DNA of 64,000 nt from Eledone cirrhosa (taxonomy: Eukaryota), in the NCBI GenBank assembly GCA_964016885.1, contig OZ024740.1:359724001-359788000 (forward strand), written 5' to 3'. Positions 13,101 through 27,393 of the stretch are shown here, one piece after another (position 1 is the stretch's first letter; every line of letters begins with the position of its first letter). Under the pieces are notes generated by a model, which worked only from the letters and a program-made list of their open reading frames with translations, did not search any database and had not been told where the DNA came from. A program made the translations under genes and the position numbers.

Positions 13101-16100
13101 ATATTCCTACAATAAATGTTTTATTGTGCCTATATACAAGACACTACTTCAGTTCACCCAACTAGAGGATTGGAATACCACAATAAGTGATTCTTTTTGT
13201 CTTTTCCACATCCTGGATACTGTGGCAAAGCTGAGTGTCATCCGTAGCCAAAGAGAATAAAATACTAAAATACCAGAAATTATCAGCAAACTATTTTTTT
13301 CAGCTTGTGGCATTTGAGACATTCAAGGGAGCTGGGCTGCTGACGAGATAATTGTAATTTTGGCAGCCCCTTTTATATATCAGATAATCCCTCAAGAGTG
13401 CTTGGTTATTCCAACACCTTTGCTCCACTATCACCTGTGACAATACCATGAGCATATTGGCTTGCTTCAAACATTGTTAGAAGGAAACTCCAGTGCCTCT
13501 TGTTGTGGTTTGTGATTGATTGTGTGTGTCTTCTCACTTTTTTTTTCTGCTTGTTATTCTGTCAATTTCTTTTTCTTTGACTATTTTCTTACTGGTACCA
13601 AGTTATCTGACAAATGCTATTTGCAACAGTTTAATGCCTTATCTAGGGGAAAATTTATCTCAAAGATATTGTAACATTATAAAGGCCAGCATCTACCTCC
13701 CATTGACCAGTATTATTATGACACAACCCTTTCTATTTTTTTTACTGACAACATTGTAAGTAGTCCCACACATTTTATATATAATTGCCTTCTTACACAC
13801 ACACAAAACATATAATATAAATTTACACTATATTCAAATTTATACCTGTATGCATACCTATATGCTCACATATACACATATAGTGCAACTAGAACTATGT
13901 AGGTAGAAAATATTAAAAAACAGTTTAGATGTACAAAGACCCACACAATATATATGTGTGTGAATTTTAGTAAGGAACCAATTGTAATGGAAAACTGAAA
14001 GTATAAGAAAATCTAGCTACATGATTTCATAGGATGGATAAACCTACCTGTCTTTAGAAATTTTCTCTTTTTTCTTGGCCTTCATCTTGTTTATTGCAGG
14101 ACTATTGAGTGGGGGGAAAAACAAGAAATTTAAATTCTAAAATCTGATTAGTTTGAAATAAATAGAACTCTAAACACGTGAAACAAAATAAAAAATGTGG
14201 AAAATATTTGCTAAGAGTGCATTATTTGACCATGGCATTATATATTGAATTATCTGATATTTTACTGACCTCTCAATTATGTCTATATCTTGTTCCATCT
14301 TGAGTGCAGCATCTAATGCAGCCTGCACTCTAGGCGCAACTACAGGGCCTTCATACTCAGATGTTGTCCGTGTTGGCATATCAAGTTGTAATTGAAGAAT
14401 GTTCTCACCCTGTGAAAATAAAAACTATATTCTGACAATAGATTCTTTAGATTATTAATTCAAAACGTTTTTAAAAATTATTTGAAAAGAACTACCTATG
14501 CTAAAAATTATTCTAAGTAACATTTGAATATTCATTTAGGCTTGTCTCAATGAAAAAATGTCTATGGTTGTATACTTCAAAAGTAGTAAGTTCACATATT
14601 GAATCATAGTTGTAATGAACTAGACACATACGAGATATATAACTAGATCATTTATTTGAAGAGATCCAACAGATAGTTTTTAGCATATATAGCACAATAG
14701 TTTTTAGTATATATAGGCTACATATGTCCATATAAAAGTTCTGAATGCCAACAAGAAATTGTAATTTTTTATTTCAAAGTTGAACTTGTTTAGCAAGTGA
14801 CTTAATCTAAGATGGAGTTTGGGAATTAAAACAATTAGATCATAGAAAAGTCATTTTAGCCATTGAGTACCTTATTTAATTGCAGTTTCTTTCCAATTCC
14901 CTTTGGAAAACCTTAATACACAAGCACAAACACACACACACACACATGCTGGAATAAATGTCGCTTGACATATAGATAATTAAAATAAATAAATTTCAAA
15001 GACTAAAATAAAAGAAAACAGCACTGTTGAAATTATAACAAAGAAAACAATAAACAAACCTTAAATCGGGGGTTTCCAGTTATAGAACCAAGACGGGCAT
15101 ATTCTGCTACTGGTCGCCGGTTGCCAATGGCAGATACTGGTCGTTTAGCCATTGTTTGTGTGCTAAATAGAAAAAAAAATTAAAAACAATGTAAAAACGC
15201 CATACTATGTAACCTTCAGGAGATATGCACATGTCCACATCTGATTGATTACACTTAATTTTACATAGCTCTAAGAGAGAGAGAGAGAAAGAAAGAGAGA
15301 GAGTGTGTGTGTGACATATTTATGTAATAGAAGCTATAGAAACTACATAGAGGCTCCAATGTTTATGCATGCTAATATTAGACACCCAGAGGAGCATGCA
15401 CACACCATTCCTTTCCAGCCATTACAAATCTTTTACACTCATGGTCCACATAATATGGGAATTCGAACACAGACATTCTACAATCTGCCATTCAACAGTC
15501 TAAAGTGCTAAATGATCAGAGATATCCTTATATCTAGTAACTGAAGGGATAAGGTGTTTGTAGACAAGGAATCATAGAGGATCCTCTTCTTTTTGCAGTT
15601 TTTGTTTGAATGCAAGCTTAATCTTATTCTTGCTGTTACTACGCAATGATTAGATCCAGCTGAACAGAAGGAACCATAAACTTCACAGTTGGTAGCACTG
15701 TTTCTCCATTTTTTGTTCACAAGAATGTTATCTATTTGTCCTTTGGATCCATTTGCATAATTGATGGTCCATAATTTTCCCTTCTCTTTTTTTGTGAACA
15801 TAGTATTCAAGTTGATTAGTTCACGTTCAGATATGAAATTAAAAAAATACTGTCTATTCATGGTATGATGATGCTTTGGAATAACTTGTCCAATTTGTGC
15901 ATTTGTGTTATCTCCAATCATGATGATAGAATCAATATTTGATAAAGAATTTAATAACTTAGGACTAAGTAGAAAACCCACACCCTTGACTGTTGAGTTG
16001 TTTTCAGTTTCCTCAGCAGGTTCAGTTATCAGAATCTAGCCATTTTCCATTTGATGGTACAGAGCATTTACCTCTTTGTGCTATATTTTATGTCATTGTA

Positions 16101-19100
16101 TACATACAACATCTAACTCAAACTGTTCAGAGAGTGCTGTGATTTCGCCCATTTTAGAAGCTGAGTTGAATGTTGAATGTTGATATAAGAACTATTTTTT
16201 CTTTCATTTAAGCACTTAGTCACTATTTTAGACAACTGATAAAAAAAAATGTTCGTCATGCATTAAATATGTATTGTATGAGCAAGTTGGTTCTCCAACT
16301 TGTCTAGCCTCAAACCATGACACCATATCCAATCAATCCATGGAAAGCAGACATAAAATGATGATAATGATGAATTGGAAATCATACACCTTTTATATTT
16401 AATAACTATAATTTGTAGTTTTAGTATGAGCAAGCACTGCTAACATCATCTAACAGAGCATGTCAAGGAGGCAATCAAACTGATAGAACATCACATTAAA
16501 GTACTAACTTGGATTTAGTAAGAGGTTGCAGTTTCCAAGTGTCCTCATCCTCATCAAAATAGGCACGGTTCATGACTTTATTCTTCTCTTCATGCGGAAT
16601 GAAATTTTCTATGATTAGTAATCTGTAATTTAAAACAGCAACACAAATTTCAGTCATAGAAATAAAGTTTTAAAGAATTGTAACAGATTTTAGTGGATCT
16701 CAACTCAGGTGTGATGAATGAATGTTTCAGTTATTCAATCAATAGAATTACCTACATGTATTATAGAAGTGGCTGAATGGCCAACAGATATTTATAGCCT
16801 TAACTCTTAACATAAATGATTTAGAAGAAAATATCTAAAAGCAGGTTTGTTAATTCAAATGTTTATGGTATCTTTATTAATGGACAGATCATTGTGAAAA
16901 TTTGCAGTGAACCCAGATTCTATCCCACTGCATTACATCTTGGGCAAGTCTCATTTACAACATCAGGTCGACCCAGGCCTTGTGAGTGAAATTGGGTAGA
17001 TGGAAAATGTTTGGAAGCCAATCAGATGGTCTCTACCTGATATTCAAATAGCCAGCCTTTTCATGCTGAATCTTCCTGAGTATTACATTAACCATTTACA
17101 TTACTCTATATTTACTATTATATTTTCACAGTAAAGGCTTTATCTCACATAATTATCTCACATAATATCAAATCTATGAGATTTTGATATTATATATTTT
17201 GAGAACAATACCTTAACATCAGTATGAGCAGCCGGTTATGACTGGTTTGAACAGAAAGAGATGAGAGAATTCTGGCCAGATATGGCTGGTTTAAATGCTA
17301 AAGGGTTAAAGGTACCCATGTCAGTTGGAAACTCAACCACTTACACATTAACTTCAAGAATAAGCTGTTCAGTTGATCAAACAACTGTAAAACTCATCAT
17401 TGGAATTGGCAGAGATCCAACATGTGTGTCTGTGGAATACACAGTGACTAACACATTAATTCCACAAGCAGGCAGATCTGTTATTGAATAACTGGAACAC
17501 TAATTGTCAAAACTAATCAACGTCCATCCCACAGTTGTCACACTAACATTGTAGAGAGAAGGGAGAAAGACAAAAAAGAAAAGGGTTGAAAAGATTGAAA
17601 TAGTGTTCTTACTTAAGTTTTAGTTCCCGCGTCAGCTGCATCTGTGTCTGCTCCAGTTCCTGTCTCTCCTTAACATGTTCTTCCTGTAGATCTTGGATCT
17701 CCTGCTTTGTTGATTGTAACTTGGAAAACAACTGAAAATATTGAAAAATTTATCAATAAATAAATAGACAAAACTAAGTGTTCTGAGTTAACCCTTTTGA
17801 TACCAAACTGCCTGAAACTACCTCTGGCTCTATAACACAAAGATTATTCTAAAGTGTTTATACTTATCTAAAAATCTTCCACCATAATTTTGTGTAAGAC
17901 TCTTTAAGTTATCCTTCAAACACCAGCTTCATAATGAGAAAGTTAAATCCCTCTAAATTTTTGATTATTTTCAAAATTAAATGAAAATCATAAGCAGTGT
18001 CTTTCATTAGAAATATGGTAATGAAAAGGTTAACTAGAAAGGTTGAGACATAAACATACAGCTACAACCAGGTCTAATAAAGAGGATGAGATAAACATAG
18101 TTGTAATTGGGTGGAATAAGAAGATCAAGAGGATTAATAACAGGATCAAGTATAATCAGATGCTATAGCATAAATTACTAGTTACTAACTACTTCCTCTG
18201 ACAAACTGTTGGTTGAAAGAAAGCTATAAAGGTTAGCAACATGGGAAAATTTCTCAGGAGTGTATTCGTCATCATCAGTTTCGTCCGGTTTTTTTCATGC
18301 TTGCATGGTTTAAATGAAACTTTTTTTAAGGTAGAATTCTAAGGATAGATGCCAATCCTCATTTATTTATTTGTTTTTTAAAGTAAGGTAGAGATTTTTG
18401 TACAGCTAAACAGAGGCCACCTATGCCATAGCAATCACAGACATCTGATGCAGATATTGCTAACCATTCATGATTCAAACAGTTGTCTTGACTGCATTGA
18501 TTTTCATGTCAACATGTAATGAGTACACACTTGAGGTACTTAATGGCTGACTAAACAGTGACATAGTTATTGTCACATCCCGGGATCATTGCCACAGTCA
18601 AAGTTAGTGACATTTGAGTTTTAGCAACGCCTGGGAAATCTTTCCTAACATGCTCTGTAACCCAGTTAATAGCATAGTTGAAGAGTATTGGAGAGAGAAC
18701 ACAACCCTGATGGACACCTACATGAATTTCAAAGAGGTCAGATTCCTGGCCAAAACAGTGAACCTTTGTTTGTATAAAGCTGTACAATGCTCTAATATGA
18801 TACAGCAGATTGACAGGCAGTTCATCAGTGATCATGATGTCCCAGAGTGTGTTGTGACAGAATCAAAGACAACCAAAAAGTCTACAAAACAAGTGATGGA
18901 TTGCTGTTGGTAACCACAATGTTATTCTAGAACCCTCCTCAAAGTGAAGATTTGATTTGTGTAGTCTTGACCGTATTAAAAAACACACTGATTTGGTCAA
19001 GTGTGTTGATCACACTATGATAAAATTCTTGTAAAAGAATTATGTAATTATCATTATATATATATATGATATTGTCATAGACTGCTGATCTTTCACAAAC

Positions 19101-22100
19101 AATCTTGCCCGGACTTGTGCCTCAGAAGAGAACTTTCTAGGTCCAAATCCCATGGTCATTCGTGACCAAAGGGGGTCTTTACCCATAAACTGCTATGACA
19201 AAAATGTTAAACAAGGTGTCAGTTAGACAGATTCAAACTAAGCAGGGTAACATAGGCTCCTAGCACAGCTGAGGTGCATTGGCCTTCTCACTGAGAAGAG
19301 AGGCCATACTATGCCACCCATAATAATTGTCAATACCATTATGATATAATTGGTAGGGAATCCTAAAATATTGATGCCTGAAGCTTGCTGGTCTCACTTC
19401 TTAGAGACGCAAAATGTCTGTTACATTGGTGTAGCATACACATGGTTAACATTTGCATTTCTACAGCCTTTAATGCTCACACATTCCACCAGGCAAAGGA
19501 ATATCTTTCTCTGCAGGCTAACAGTTCAGCATGCATATTTATCACTTGCTCTATTAGATCAAGTGCATCAGGTCCTGTGGATGCAGTAGTATTTGCATGA
19601 GGATATATGATGGGTTTTCTTGGAGATAAGGTTTTCGAAGGTGTGATTAAATATGGTACTCCGTGCTATTGAATGTTGACAATTGCAGTGGAAGTACTAA
19701 CCAAGGAAACTACTGAATATCAAGTCTTCGATTTCATAGAAGACAGAGATTTGCCATAAACTACATGCAGATATAGAGGTCAGCACCACCACACCTTAAA
19801 TGGTTATAAGATTATAATGTGTTCTTGCTTTCACATCCAGCCCTATTTAGTGGTGTCTGTGCCACGATGAGGATACATGGAAGGAGAATTTGTTTGACAA
19901 AGGAGTTTGTGCTGCACAGGCCAAATGGAGCAACTTTTTAGGGCAGTGGAAGTTCAGCCCCAGCTGTCAAGATCCAATGATACCACACCTAGAGACACGT
20001 GGAATATAAACAAATATTATCACCTGTGCTAGCAATGTTGAATACAAAGAAAAGAGACAAACATAAACAAGCACACATAAAATTTACTGCAAGATATAAG
20101 ACAACTTTCAGATTTTATTTAAAAATATATCTAGATGATACAATACAAAATATATTCTGTCATCATGCATCATCATTTCATTTTACATCCACTTTTCCCT
20201 GCTTGCAAGGGTGGGACAGGAACTGATTCTGGCTTGATTTCTACAGCTGGATGCCCTTCCTAACACCAACCTCATTTACAGTGAGTGATGGGTGCTTTTT
20301 TGCCGTGGCACCTCCACGACCACTTTGCAGTGGAATGATATGGACCCCAGTCCCTATCATCTCATTTCTACAGCTGAGTGAACTGGAGCAATGTGAAATA
20401 AAGTGCCTTGCTCAAGGAAACAACACATCACCCGGTCTGAGAATTGAACTCACAACCTTTTGATTGCAAGGCCAATGCTCTAACCACTAAGCCATGTGCC
20501 TCCATGTAATAGTGAAAACATTAGCTTAACCTTCTAGCATAACAACTTGTCAAATCTTGCACTGAAAAAGATTATAACTTATTTTGAAATCAAACATAAT
20601 TAGCCTTGTTGGTAAATCACTGTTAGTACATAGGAAACCTGTGTTAAATCTCATACAACAGAATGTCTTTCTTAGTGTCATCATTTGACACATACGACAG
20701 AATGTCTTTCTTAGTGTCATCATTTGACACATACATCAACATGTCTATCACCATTAGTACATGAATGCTAAAGAGTTAAAAAAAAAATCTTACTTTTTTT
20801 AATTTCTTTGTTTTTACTTCAACCTCTTGCTGCAGGGAGGCATATGTCTCTTGTAGTTCTAAAGCTGTTTCTTCTTTTTGGTCTAGTTTTTGTTGCATCT
20901 CTCTTTCTTTACGCTTTAACAAAATAAGAGATAAATAAGAATAACATCAACACGTATTTTATTACCTCTTTTGATATCAACCTACCAAAAATAACCTCTG
21001 GTTCTATGAAATAAAACCACCCATTTTAAAGGGTTCCTATTTAGATTTAAATCTTCCAACATAATTTGACAAAAGAACCCTTTGTTAAATTATGTTACAA
21101 ATACTATCAGAATAGTGGTATGATTAATTATTTTAGTAAATCCCCCAAAATTCTTAATTAATTCAAAGGCAGTGTATTTCATTATAAATATGGTAATGAA
21201 AGGGTCTCAATATACAACTAACCCACTTCAAAGCTCAAGTGAGATCCACAATAGAGAATTGCTCCCTCATCTGGGGCGAGTTTGTACCTTCACAGAGGTA
21301 TTCTAACCACCTCTCTTCTGGCATGATGCTGTAGTTTCGGAGACAGTGTAACCCTCCCCCCTTTTCCCACCTCTCAAGGTCTCAAGACCGTTTTATATGA
21401 AGTTGGTTGCCAACACATTCCAAACCTCTGTACCACAGAATCTGTGTCATACTATTCTGTCACAACTACAGTGACCTGTGGACTGTGTCCTCGGTAGTAT
21501 TAGGTCTCAGGCAATCTACAATCAGGCTCTCCCAACTCACTTAACTCACCTCTTCCTCTTGTTTACTCATATTGTGTCCACCACCTCACTAACCATTATA
21601 CCCAATCCTTCCTCCCCAGAACCACATACCCTTGGAATTCCCTCCCTGCAGTTGTCAACCTGTAACTATTCAAGAGGAACATTAACTGCATTTATCTCAC
21701 TGGTCTTAGAGGGATTACTAAGGCAATGGGCACAGTCATTTCCTCCAGACAAAACCATCACCATCATCATTTGACCCTAAACATCCTGTAATGATTTAGT
21801 AGAAAATATCTAAAATCAGATTTAACTCAAATGTTTGTAGTATCTTTACTAGAGAACAGATTCTTGTGAAAATTTGCAGCAAGCTAAAGTAAAAGCTTTA
21901 ATTTTTAATGTGATGCATTTATAATACTTCGCATTAAACAAACAAAATGTCAGCAGTGGGTAACTGTTTTCGAGGGCTTCACACTACAGTATTTCTAATT
22001 TTAAGTGAACATGCATCAGTTCAAAGTGAAAAAAGTGATTTCATAATTAGATAAACACAAAAAAGTTTATTTAATGAAACATCTATGTATCAATGCCTGT

Positions 22101-25100
22101 ATGCTGTTAAGTTTATGTCAGCTCATCAGTGAGGCAAAATATAAATTTATTTTTTGAAAAGTGATTGTTAGTTTTTTTATTTATTGCTTTGTACAAATAG
22201 ACATTCATCTCATCAATAACATTTACATAACCTTTATGTAATGCTTCTCATTTCCCTCTCTCTATAATCTTAATATTAAAATTAATTAATACCTATAGAT
22301 TGAATAAGATCCTTGTTGCCAGATTTACGATCATAACAATCTATGTGCTGATCAAACACAATGTTGGATACTTCCATATCCACTTCATTGATGCAGCTTG
22401 TTTAGGCTTTATTTTAAAAAAAACACTTTAGAGAATGAGCAGTTGAACTCTTAAATAGTTAGGTGCTGCACTGTGCCTCATAAAAACTCTTTGTGCAATG
22501 ATTTTAGAGGCTGTACATTGTCCGATGTTATTAATACATTATTTCATAGAAAACAAGCTATATAACAAAAATAACTCTTTTCATTGCTGCTTGTTAAACT
22601 GCGATTGAAATAGAAAAGGTTTTTGTTTTATTTATGCTATCATAACAGCATGTTCTCAAATTGTTAAAGTATTCCATTTTATATTTTCTCTGTATAAAGA
22701 CACATTAGCTAATCAAATTAAGTTTAAATTTTGTTTAAGTGAAATGTGCACACTTTGAAATTGTTGTTGTCACTCTGATATGTGCTCATTTTGAATTACA
22801 AATACGGTATTTGTGACTTGACTTGGGTCTACTGAAAATGACTTCCTCCCAGTGAGACACATCAATCTTTGAGGCCCTGAGATCTTGATGGAGTCATAAT
22901 GGGTGCTTTCATGATACTCAGTGTGTCATGGGTATTTCATAAATGGCAGAGCCCATCTTCCTCAAGTCTGAGCACAACCAATTACTTTTAGAGAAAGAGG
23001 AAGGAGAGTGAGGAGAGAGAGAGGGGGAAGGATGGACTCCCAGTACTGGACTGGTATTTTATTATCGACCTTGAAAGGATGAAAGACAAAGTTGATTTGG
23101 GCAGGATTTGAACTAAGAATGCAGAGTACTGTAATGAATACTGTGAATCATTCTATCCAACATTCTAACAACTGCCAATTCACTGCATACATCAGGCTTT
23201 ATATATGTTTAATCAGTCTCAGTGTTTCATATATTACTCTTTCATGATATATTTTTTTATGGTCATTTGAGAAATATCTAAATTAAGATAAACAATTTAC
23301 TGTAAGTTATGTAAATGTAAACCATTCAAACACTATGTAGAAAACAGGTATAAAATGTAATAAATTACACAGACACAAAAGTTATGATGGGCATATTCTA
23401 ATATGACATCATACTCTAATATCTAGAATTACTATTTGTTTTATTATATTTTCTTTTGCTTGGTTGGATTGAACAGTAGAAATATAGCAGCATGTTCTTG
23501 TTAGTAATTATGATAAAATTGAACGTTCACTTTGACATTTAACTTCCTTTTAATACAAGATGGATGCCGCATGATCAAATGGTTAACAAGTTCACTGTCT
23601 GGCATCTTTGACAAATGTCATTTACATCAGATCAACTCATGCCTTGTGAATGAAATTGCGTAGAAAGAAACAGTATTGGAGACAGTAGTGAAACCCTGAG
23701 TAGACATGGTAATCACCGGAAAACCATTTATCTTCCAACTAGACTCCGTGCCCTCTCATAAAGAACAACACAAGCATGGATGCATGACAACCTCCATGAC
23801 TACATTCTTCCAGATACATGGCCTCATAGCTCACCAGATCCCAACCCCTTGGACTATTACATACTGTACATAGTTGAAAGATAGGTCAATCATCACCCTC
23901 ACAACACTATAGGATCTCTCAAGTCTGCTATTTCCAGCATAATGTCCAGTATTGATAGAGGTTATCTTATTTAGGCATACCAATGCTTCAGACCCCATTT
24001 GAAGTAACCATTGAAGCTAATGAAGGATTCATTGAATAGATATCATAAATGTATTGTAAATAATATTTGTTATGCCTCTTTTTCTAAATTCATGCAATGT
24101 ACTAAAAAAACTGACACACCCTGTATAAAACTGTACTATGCAGCACATTAGAAATTAAAGTCTTTAATACTGTAGGTTTTCACAATAATCTGTCCACTAG
24201 TAAAGATACTATATACATTTGAATTAACAAACCCTTTTTAACCAATTTTTTTTTTTAGATATTTTCTGCTAAATTAGTATAGGATGTTAAAAGTTAAGCA
24301 TGAGCTGTAATCGATAGTCACATATTTGAAATCTAATATATTGTAAGTAGAGTTATTTCATTTTAGATAATTCAGTACACAAATAGAAATATACAAGTGA
24401 CACAGAGGATAGGTGCACCATAACTGAGAGTTAAAGGTGCTGAGCTAGTGAACTGACAAGATGAGCTGTATCTGATGGTCAAGATAAATTTTTCCACATA
24501 TTTGATATCTAATATATTGTAAGTAGATTTCATTTTAGATACTTCAGTACACAAATAGAAATATGCAACAAATTACACAGAGGATAAATGACACCATAAC
24601 TTGTGAGTTCAAACTTTATTACAGCCATAAAATAGATGACAGCAGGTTCTACTGATATAGTTACCATCTGAGTGATTAGTAGTAAGGACAGCAAAATGCA
24701 GAAATTATTGCTCCAATATTGTGCATATGCTAAAAATTTACAAAAAAAAGCATCTGATCCCATGTTAGGTTGGAAAAACATGTTAATCAGGAAAACAATT
24801 TTTAAAAAAATAAACTACATATTCAAATTTACCTTCTGGTCAGCAATTTCTGACCTTCGTTGCTCTAAGGCTCTCTGTTGTTCATTAGTGTGATCAACAA
24901 TATTTTTGCCACCCATTAGTAATTTGCTCTCCATTGCCTGTAAAAAAAATACACTGAATATATCAAATAATACAAGTAGTTAAGGAAACACATATAACAA
25001 TATGTTATGACAATAATAGATTCTCAATATGATGTGAAGCAGCAGATGCAATGATAAAAAAAAATATTGAAAAGAAATGTACTATTTGTAAGCAATAGAG

Positions 25101-27362
25101 AGATAACTACTTTGTGGATGAATTCACCTGGATGATGCCGAAATATGTGGTCAAACCATCTCAATCGATGTCTGCAAAGAACGTTCTAGATTGGTTTGAT
25201 GTTGCAATGTGAGTGGACCTGTGCATTTGATAGGAAGTGGTGTCAGCAGACACGAAAGATGTGGTGAATACAGAAGTGATCAAATACATCAAGTTGTGCA
25301 GATCGGTTACTCTCATAGGCCATCATTCATAGCCATAGAGGAGGATTGTGCGGACAAGGGCTTGGTAGGTTCGGATTTTCGTCCTCAATTTGATCTCCCA
25401 TCTGGACCAGAACCGAGATCTTAACTGACAGAAAGCAAGGCAAGCGCTGTCAATACGGGCATTGATATCCTTAACCACTTCAAGGATAGCACAAATGAAA
25501 AATTGTATTGTAGAAATAATAATAGTCACATTATTTCATGCACTACATAAATATAAAGTATTATTGATGCCTCTGAGATTTTAATGGGTTATAGGCCTCA
25601 CTATATACCATGAAGAAACAACCACAAAGCATTTATATTTTTAATTAAGTATAAAAATAGTGCACGATAAGAAATCAGCTTGATTATATCAGTAAAACTG
25701 AAGTTACCTTGATTTTAGATGCCAACATATCTCTAGCTTCTTTTTCTTTTAATAAGCGAGATTCATTTTCCTTTAGTTCAGACAACAGCTTTTCTTTTTC
25801 CTGCAAATCAATAAATATCAACAATAAAATGAATGGACTTCATTCTTTAAACATAACAACAGACATTTACATTAAAGATTTTCTTAGTATTTTTTATTTA
25901 ATTTTTGTTATTATTATTATTGATGATGATGGTTTGCACAATAAATATGGTGATTACTGGACTTTTTACTGTCTGTTAAGTCTCAACAAGGACCTTAGAC
26001 AAACTACTTTGAATACAAGTGTAGTGCCTAGTAGGACAGTCTTTTGTAGCAAAGAAGTTTGAATATCACAATCTATTTGCTGAAGATATCCTCAGTTTTA
26101 GTGGAATCAAAACCAAAACTCTTGTGATAACTGGAATTATCTTGATGTTATGAAGGGATGTTGATCACATTCATTCAATTTCGATCTTCAAGTCAATATT
26201 TTTCATTACTTTTTTTTCAATTTCCTTCAAGGCTATATTTTGGTCTCCTGGGATAACATCAATAATTTGGCATTCATGACTATTTTTGTGTATAGCTACA
26301 GTATTAGGTTTATTGTATTCGAGTCTGTAGTCCACTTGGATAGTCAAGTCTTAAAATATCTTGGGTTTGTGCCTGCTTTTAAGGACACTTTCTAGGACGT
26401 GCCAATACTACATATCGAACACTTACTATCGATATGTTTGGCACATTGAGCGGAGAAAGTACATACAAACCTCATGCCTTATTTTATACTCCTTTTGTAC
26501 AAGTGTTTTGCATGTGCTCACTCTGTATTCATTACAAACAGGTGGCACTTCAAGCTTTAAGTCAGATGCCTGTCACTCAAACCAGCCATGCAATGCCTTT
26601 CCAACTATTGCTTCTATTTTCTCCATAGAGACTTGTCTATTAAACTCTTCTTTAGCTTCATCTTTCCCTTAAGCCCATTACTGCTGAAGCATACTGTAAA
26701 AGCCTTTCATTATTATTTATCAGATGGTAATTAATGGCCCAGCTGTGCATTTCCTGTACATCCAATTTACACTTGATTTTGGATATAATGCTTCATGTAT
26801 GATCATCATTTTTCTTTTTCTGTGGTCCATTTCATTAACCTCAGTTTTAGTCCACTGATGGATCCTAACACTGAACTATATTATAGATACACCCCAAGTG
26901 TTTACAGTAAGAATCAAGTTTCTAGAATGCAGTTTGAACTTATGGTTGAATGATGACAACAATCACTCTAGTATCAAAATAAGGCAGTTCTTGTACCACA
27001 ATAGTATGCACTCAGCTCATACTGTAAAGTAGTAAGGCCAATGTTCTAATAAAAAAGCACCCAGTCCACCCTATAAAGTGGTAGAGATGGTGCAATGATA
27101 GAATTCACTGAAGCCATCCTGTCAGGTGGTAGTAGCAGTGCAACAATAAGATACACACTGATCAATAAAGTAAGTACCTGTAATATTATAAGGCTGATGC
27201 AATAGAATATAGCCACACTTTTGCAATGATTAGCCTTCTGCTTCAGTAAGAAATCAATATTTATAATCATTATTCAATATCAGCATATTCCATTATGATG
27301 CAGGGCTGGATTTAATGGGGGGGGGGGCAAAGGGGGCAGTTGCCCCAGGCCCCCTGCAGTGT

Positions 27363-27393
<31 letters not shown>

